A stretch of DNA of 54,937 bases, counting the filler, from Streblomastix strix (taxonomy: Eukaryota), in the NCBI GenBank assembly GCA_008636045.1. It is 2 parts of 2 records of this genome, joined end to end, with 100 filler letters (N's around TTAATTAATTAA, not from the genome) between each part and the next. Parts side by side here need not be neighbours in the genome. Positions count along the whole stretch, not along the records: positions 27,523 to 54,937 come from SNRW01000144.1; 1 more part is not named here. One strand, written 5' to 3'. A program made the translations under genes and the position numbers. Of this stretch, positions 47,701 through 54,937 are shown piece by piece. How positions within the stretch are numbered: position 1 is the first letter of the stretch; every line of letters begins with the position of its first letter. Under the pieces are notes generated by a model. That model saw nothing but the letters and a program-made list of their open reading frames with translations. It was not told the DNA's origin and made no database searches.

Positions 47701-48262
47701 TTCCAATATCTGCAAAGATATACCTTCATATATAATAACCGTATTGATAGTTTTGGGAATTGCAATTTTATAATTAATTATTATTATTATTGTTCTAGTA
47801 ATCGTTATTACAGTGTGGAAAAATGAATGAAATGTTTATTAATTGTATTATTATTTAATCTCTCTTAATTTAATACTCTAATTATAGGTTCGAAGTCGTG
47901 GTGCTAGTAATAATTCAGCCCAAACTTCTTCATATTCACAAATTAATTCAAAAGCTGTTCCATAAGGAGAATAATATTCTCAGAATTTTAATTCTTCTTA
48001 ACCTCCACTTCATCCACAGTTAAACCCACTTCATTAACAATAATAAGAGTTACAATAACATCCAAAGAGAAAAAAATCACCATTGAAATAAAAATCTCCT
48101 AATCGACAAGAATCACCATTAGAAGATTCTCAAGAAGAAGAATCTTCAGAACTTCACACTCCACCTCCTGAAAACAAGAAACTCCATAAGAAATAACGAC
48201 CTCAAAAGTAAAAAGCAAAAAAGAAACAAAATACTCCAAACGAACAAACTGATTAGGGATGA
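41793..48262 (+). CDS. Large type-I membrane protein: signal peptide, S41 peptidase, Cys-rich repeats, inactive papain-like domain, TM helix and cytoplasmic tail
   Basis: Signal MRFSFLVLAFLLILPATC. S41 motifs LKDPH, MIDVR|GNGGG and ITDGVCGSTCS (~44032-44064). Introns at 42201-42309, 43547-43642, 44104-44251 and ~47813-47887. Hydrophobic segment at ~47730-47812; TGA at 48260-62. Confidence 0.8.
45064..45359 (+). repeat. 296-bp intragenic direct repeat, copy 1
   Basis: Matches 47269-47564; the one difference I saw is ggaagttgt versus ggaaattgt. Confidence 0.95.
47269..47564 (+). repeat. 296-bp intragenic direct repeat, copy 2
   Basis: See copy 1. The ORF track also shows duplicated shadow ORFs here. 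Confidence 0.95.
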
Positions 48263-48419
48263 ATAAATAATAACTAAATGAAAGAAATAGAAAACCACTT
48301 CATAACTTTTCATTTCAACCTACACATGATATACTTTTTCTTAATTTAACCTCAAATAAAAAAAATTTGTATGACTATTGATAAAATAGGGAAATAAATA
48401 AGAGTTTTCAGCTCGAGTT

Positions 48420-52670
<4,251 letters not shown>

Positions 52671-52994
52671 AATTTCTGAATTTGTATATAAATACAATGA
52701 ATTATTATAATGTATAAATATTTTATAAATATTTATCTTGAAAAATCTTGAAAATGAACAAATTATTTTGTCTTTTTAAAATTTTAATTATCAAAGCATT
52801 CATGTTATATTTTGATTTTATTTATTGAAAAATTGGTTAAAAAATATAAACAATTTATTGTTATAATAATTATATACATTTATGCACATTATTAGGCGTG
52901 TAAAGCTCAATCGAAAAAAAAATTAATATAACTGTCCGCGTGGAATTTTTTCTCTTTAATACATATTTTAAGTAATATGTTTAACATCATTTAT

Positions 52995-54937
52995 TCAAAT
53001 TTTTGTAGAATTGAAATGAATGCAAGATTCGTGCGTATAAAAAAGCATATACGCATTTTTTCTTACATTTTCATCTTACAAAACCTAATTAATATCAACC
53101 TGAATAATGAAAAATATTAATAAAAAAATATAATTAAATAATATATTCATATCAAATAAGTATAAATAAGCATTTGTTATCATACTTCGCTTGAGACTTC
53201 ATCATCATATAAACGCCACGAATTTGTACCAACTTAAATATAAATATATATATTAATTAAAGAATAAATAAAAAATAATTTTATATATATTCATCTAATT
53301 ATTATTTAATACTTTCTCTTACATATGCAACATAATGGCCAGATGTTGCTGTTTCACCAATATGTTTAATTAAAGAAGTTAAATAGTATTTTGTTTGTAA
53401 TAATAATTGGGAAGGAATTTATGAAGAAGAAGAAGGAGGAGGAGGAGGAGGAGCATTTTAATTAATATCATCTTTTACCATATTTCTTTTATTTCTATCA
53501 TCAATAATATCTTTATTTATTTATTAACTCCATTATTTGTTATTTGGTGATATGCCAAAAGTTGGTTAATATGTTTCTGGTGGTGTAATAATGTGAAGTG
53601 GAATAATTGATTGAACTGAATTATTTTATTCTTTGAATTAATCATTATTCTTTTCTTATTGATTATCTTTTTCAATATTTTATTATTGATCTTTCTCCAA
53701 TACTTTAATTTTATTATCTTTTAAATCTTTATTAATCTATTAGTCTTGATTATTCTTCATTCCTCCTAATAATCCTCCTTTCTATTAATTTTGGTTAATT
53801 AATTAAGTATCTTTAGATTAAGTATCTTTATATTAATCATCTCCAATATTATCTACTCTAATTCCAATATTATTATCCTTCTTTTCATTCTAATATTTAT
53901 GTTGATCATCTTCATTTTCATCTTCAATATTAATTCTTCTTCTTTTAAAAGCACTATTTAAATTACTTTCTTATATATTATTTTCATTTTACTCTTTTTA
54001 TTATTGTTTCCATTCATTTTATTGATCATTTTCAAGATCTCTTTTTCTCTTAGTTTTCTTATTAATATTAGTTGTATTACTTTAACCTAATTTATTTCTG
54101 TTGGTAAATACATAATCATCATTAATTACATTGTCTATTTAATCTTCATTAATGTCTTCTTGAGTCTATTATTCTATTTCACCTTTATCTGCATTTCTAA
54201 ATAAATTTAAAGGTATTCCTTATTTGTTTTATTAAGTTAATTACTGGGAAGATAATGAAGAATAATTTATTTGTTAATTAACACGTTTATTCTTTTATTA
54301 TTATATCTATTGTTGTTATTATTAATTTGTATGTTAGTTAGTCTGAAATTATTATTATTGATTGAAGCTTAAAATATTATGAATTGACTATTAAGGTTAA
54401 TTGTGAAAATTTTAAGTTTATTATTATTAAATAAGTGAAGGATGTTATTATTATGATGAAGACGAGTGATGATAAGTTTTTGAAGGTGAAATAAGTAGTT
54501 TAGATTATTAAGAAGATGGAAGATTATCATATACATTAGAAACAGTGTTCTTAAATAATTATCTATCTTTATTTTTTGGAGTAGTAAATGATTCTTATTA
54601 TTATCCCAATTATAATGAATCATAAATCTTTTATTAATAGGGTGAGAAATCTTTTGTGTTCAATTACTACTTTTGATTCTTATGGTCTTCTCTTACTCTT
54701 TGCGTTTCTTATTCAACTTATGATGATAGAATTTATTTGGTGTTATTTATTCCTAATAAATCAATTTATTTTTACTATGGTTATTAATTGAGAGGAATTG
54801 GTGTTTATTATTTTTATTATTTTTTCTGATTTTATTAAAATTATTATTTTGGTTTTTATTATTAATTTTATTCCACTGTTTTCACTTTTGCTTTTGCTCT
54901 ATTTTATTAAATTATTTATGTTTGCGCTTTATCCATT
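52995..54937 (-). CDS. Ubiquitin-specific protease (C19), 3' part; continues beyond the window
   Basis: His box YYLTSLIKHIGETATSGHYVAY, then WRLYDDEVS and NAYMLFY, split by two GT-AG introns; TGA at 52995-97. Confidence 0.85.

Overview
AT-rich eukaryotic DNA made of two contigs joined by an artificial 100-nt N/TTAATTAATTAA spacer (27423-27522). Both contigs only translate sensibly if TAA/TAG = Gln and TGA is the sole stop. That code, the short GT-AG introns and the gene content fit an oxymonad such as Streblomastix (inference). The supplied ORF track uses the standard code, so it mostly shows fragments or antisense shadows. Contig 1 (1-27422) is a decayed endogenous Maverick/Polinton-like dsDNA virus region with inverted arms (1-504 / 26917-27422 and 3478-4811 / 25038-26370). 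It carries an rve-type integrase, two unrelated protein-primed-type PolB genes (one with an embedded HNH-like Zn module), a PrimPol-SF3 helicase fusion, a Fic-domain gene, a ~1000-codon phage-tail-fibre-like gene, a probable major capsid protein, a KilA-N protein and an A32-like packaging ATPase. Most of these genes have in-frame TGAs or frameshifts. Contig 2 (27523-54937) has a transposase-like relic and a DIRS-like retroelement relic. It also has four intron-containing host genes: a type-I DnaJ-like gene with LPG in place of HPD, a Cys-rich surface protein combining an S41 peptidase with a dead papain-like domain, a DENND6-like gene, and the 3' part of a USP deubiquitinase. No rRNA, tRNA or CRISPR was seen. 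All family calls come from manual translation and motif recognition, not database searches.
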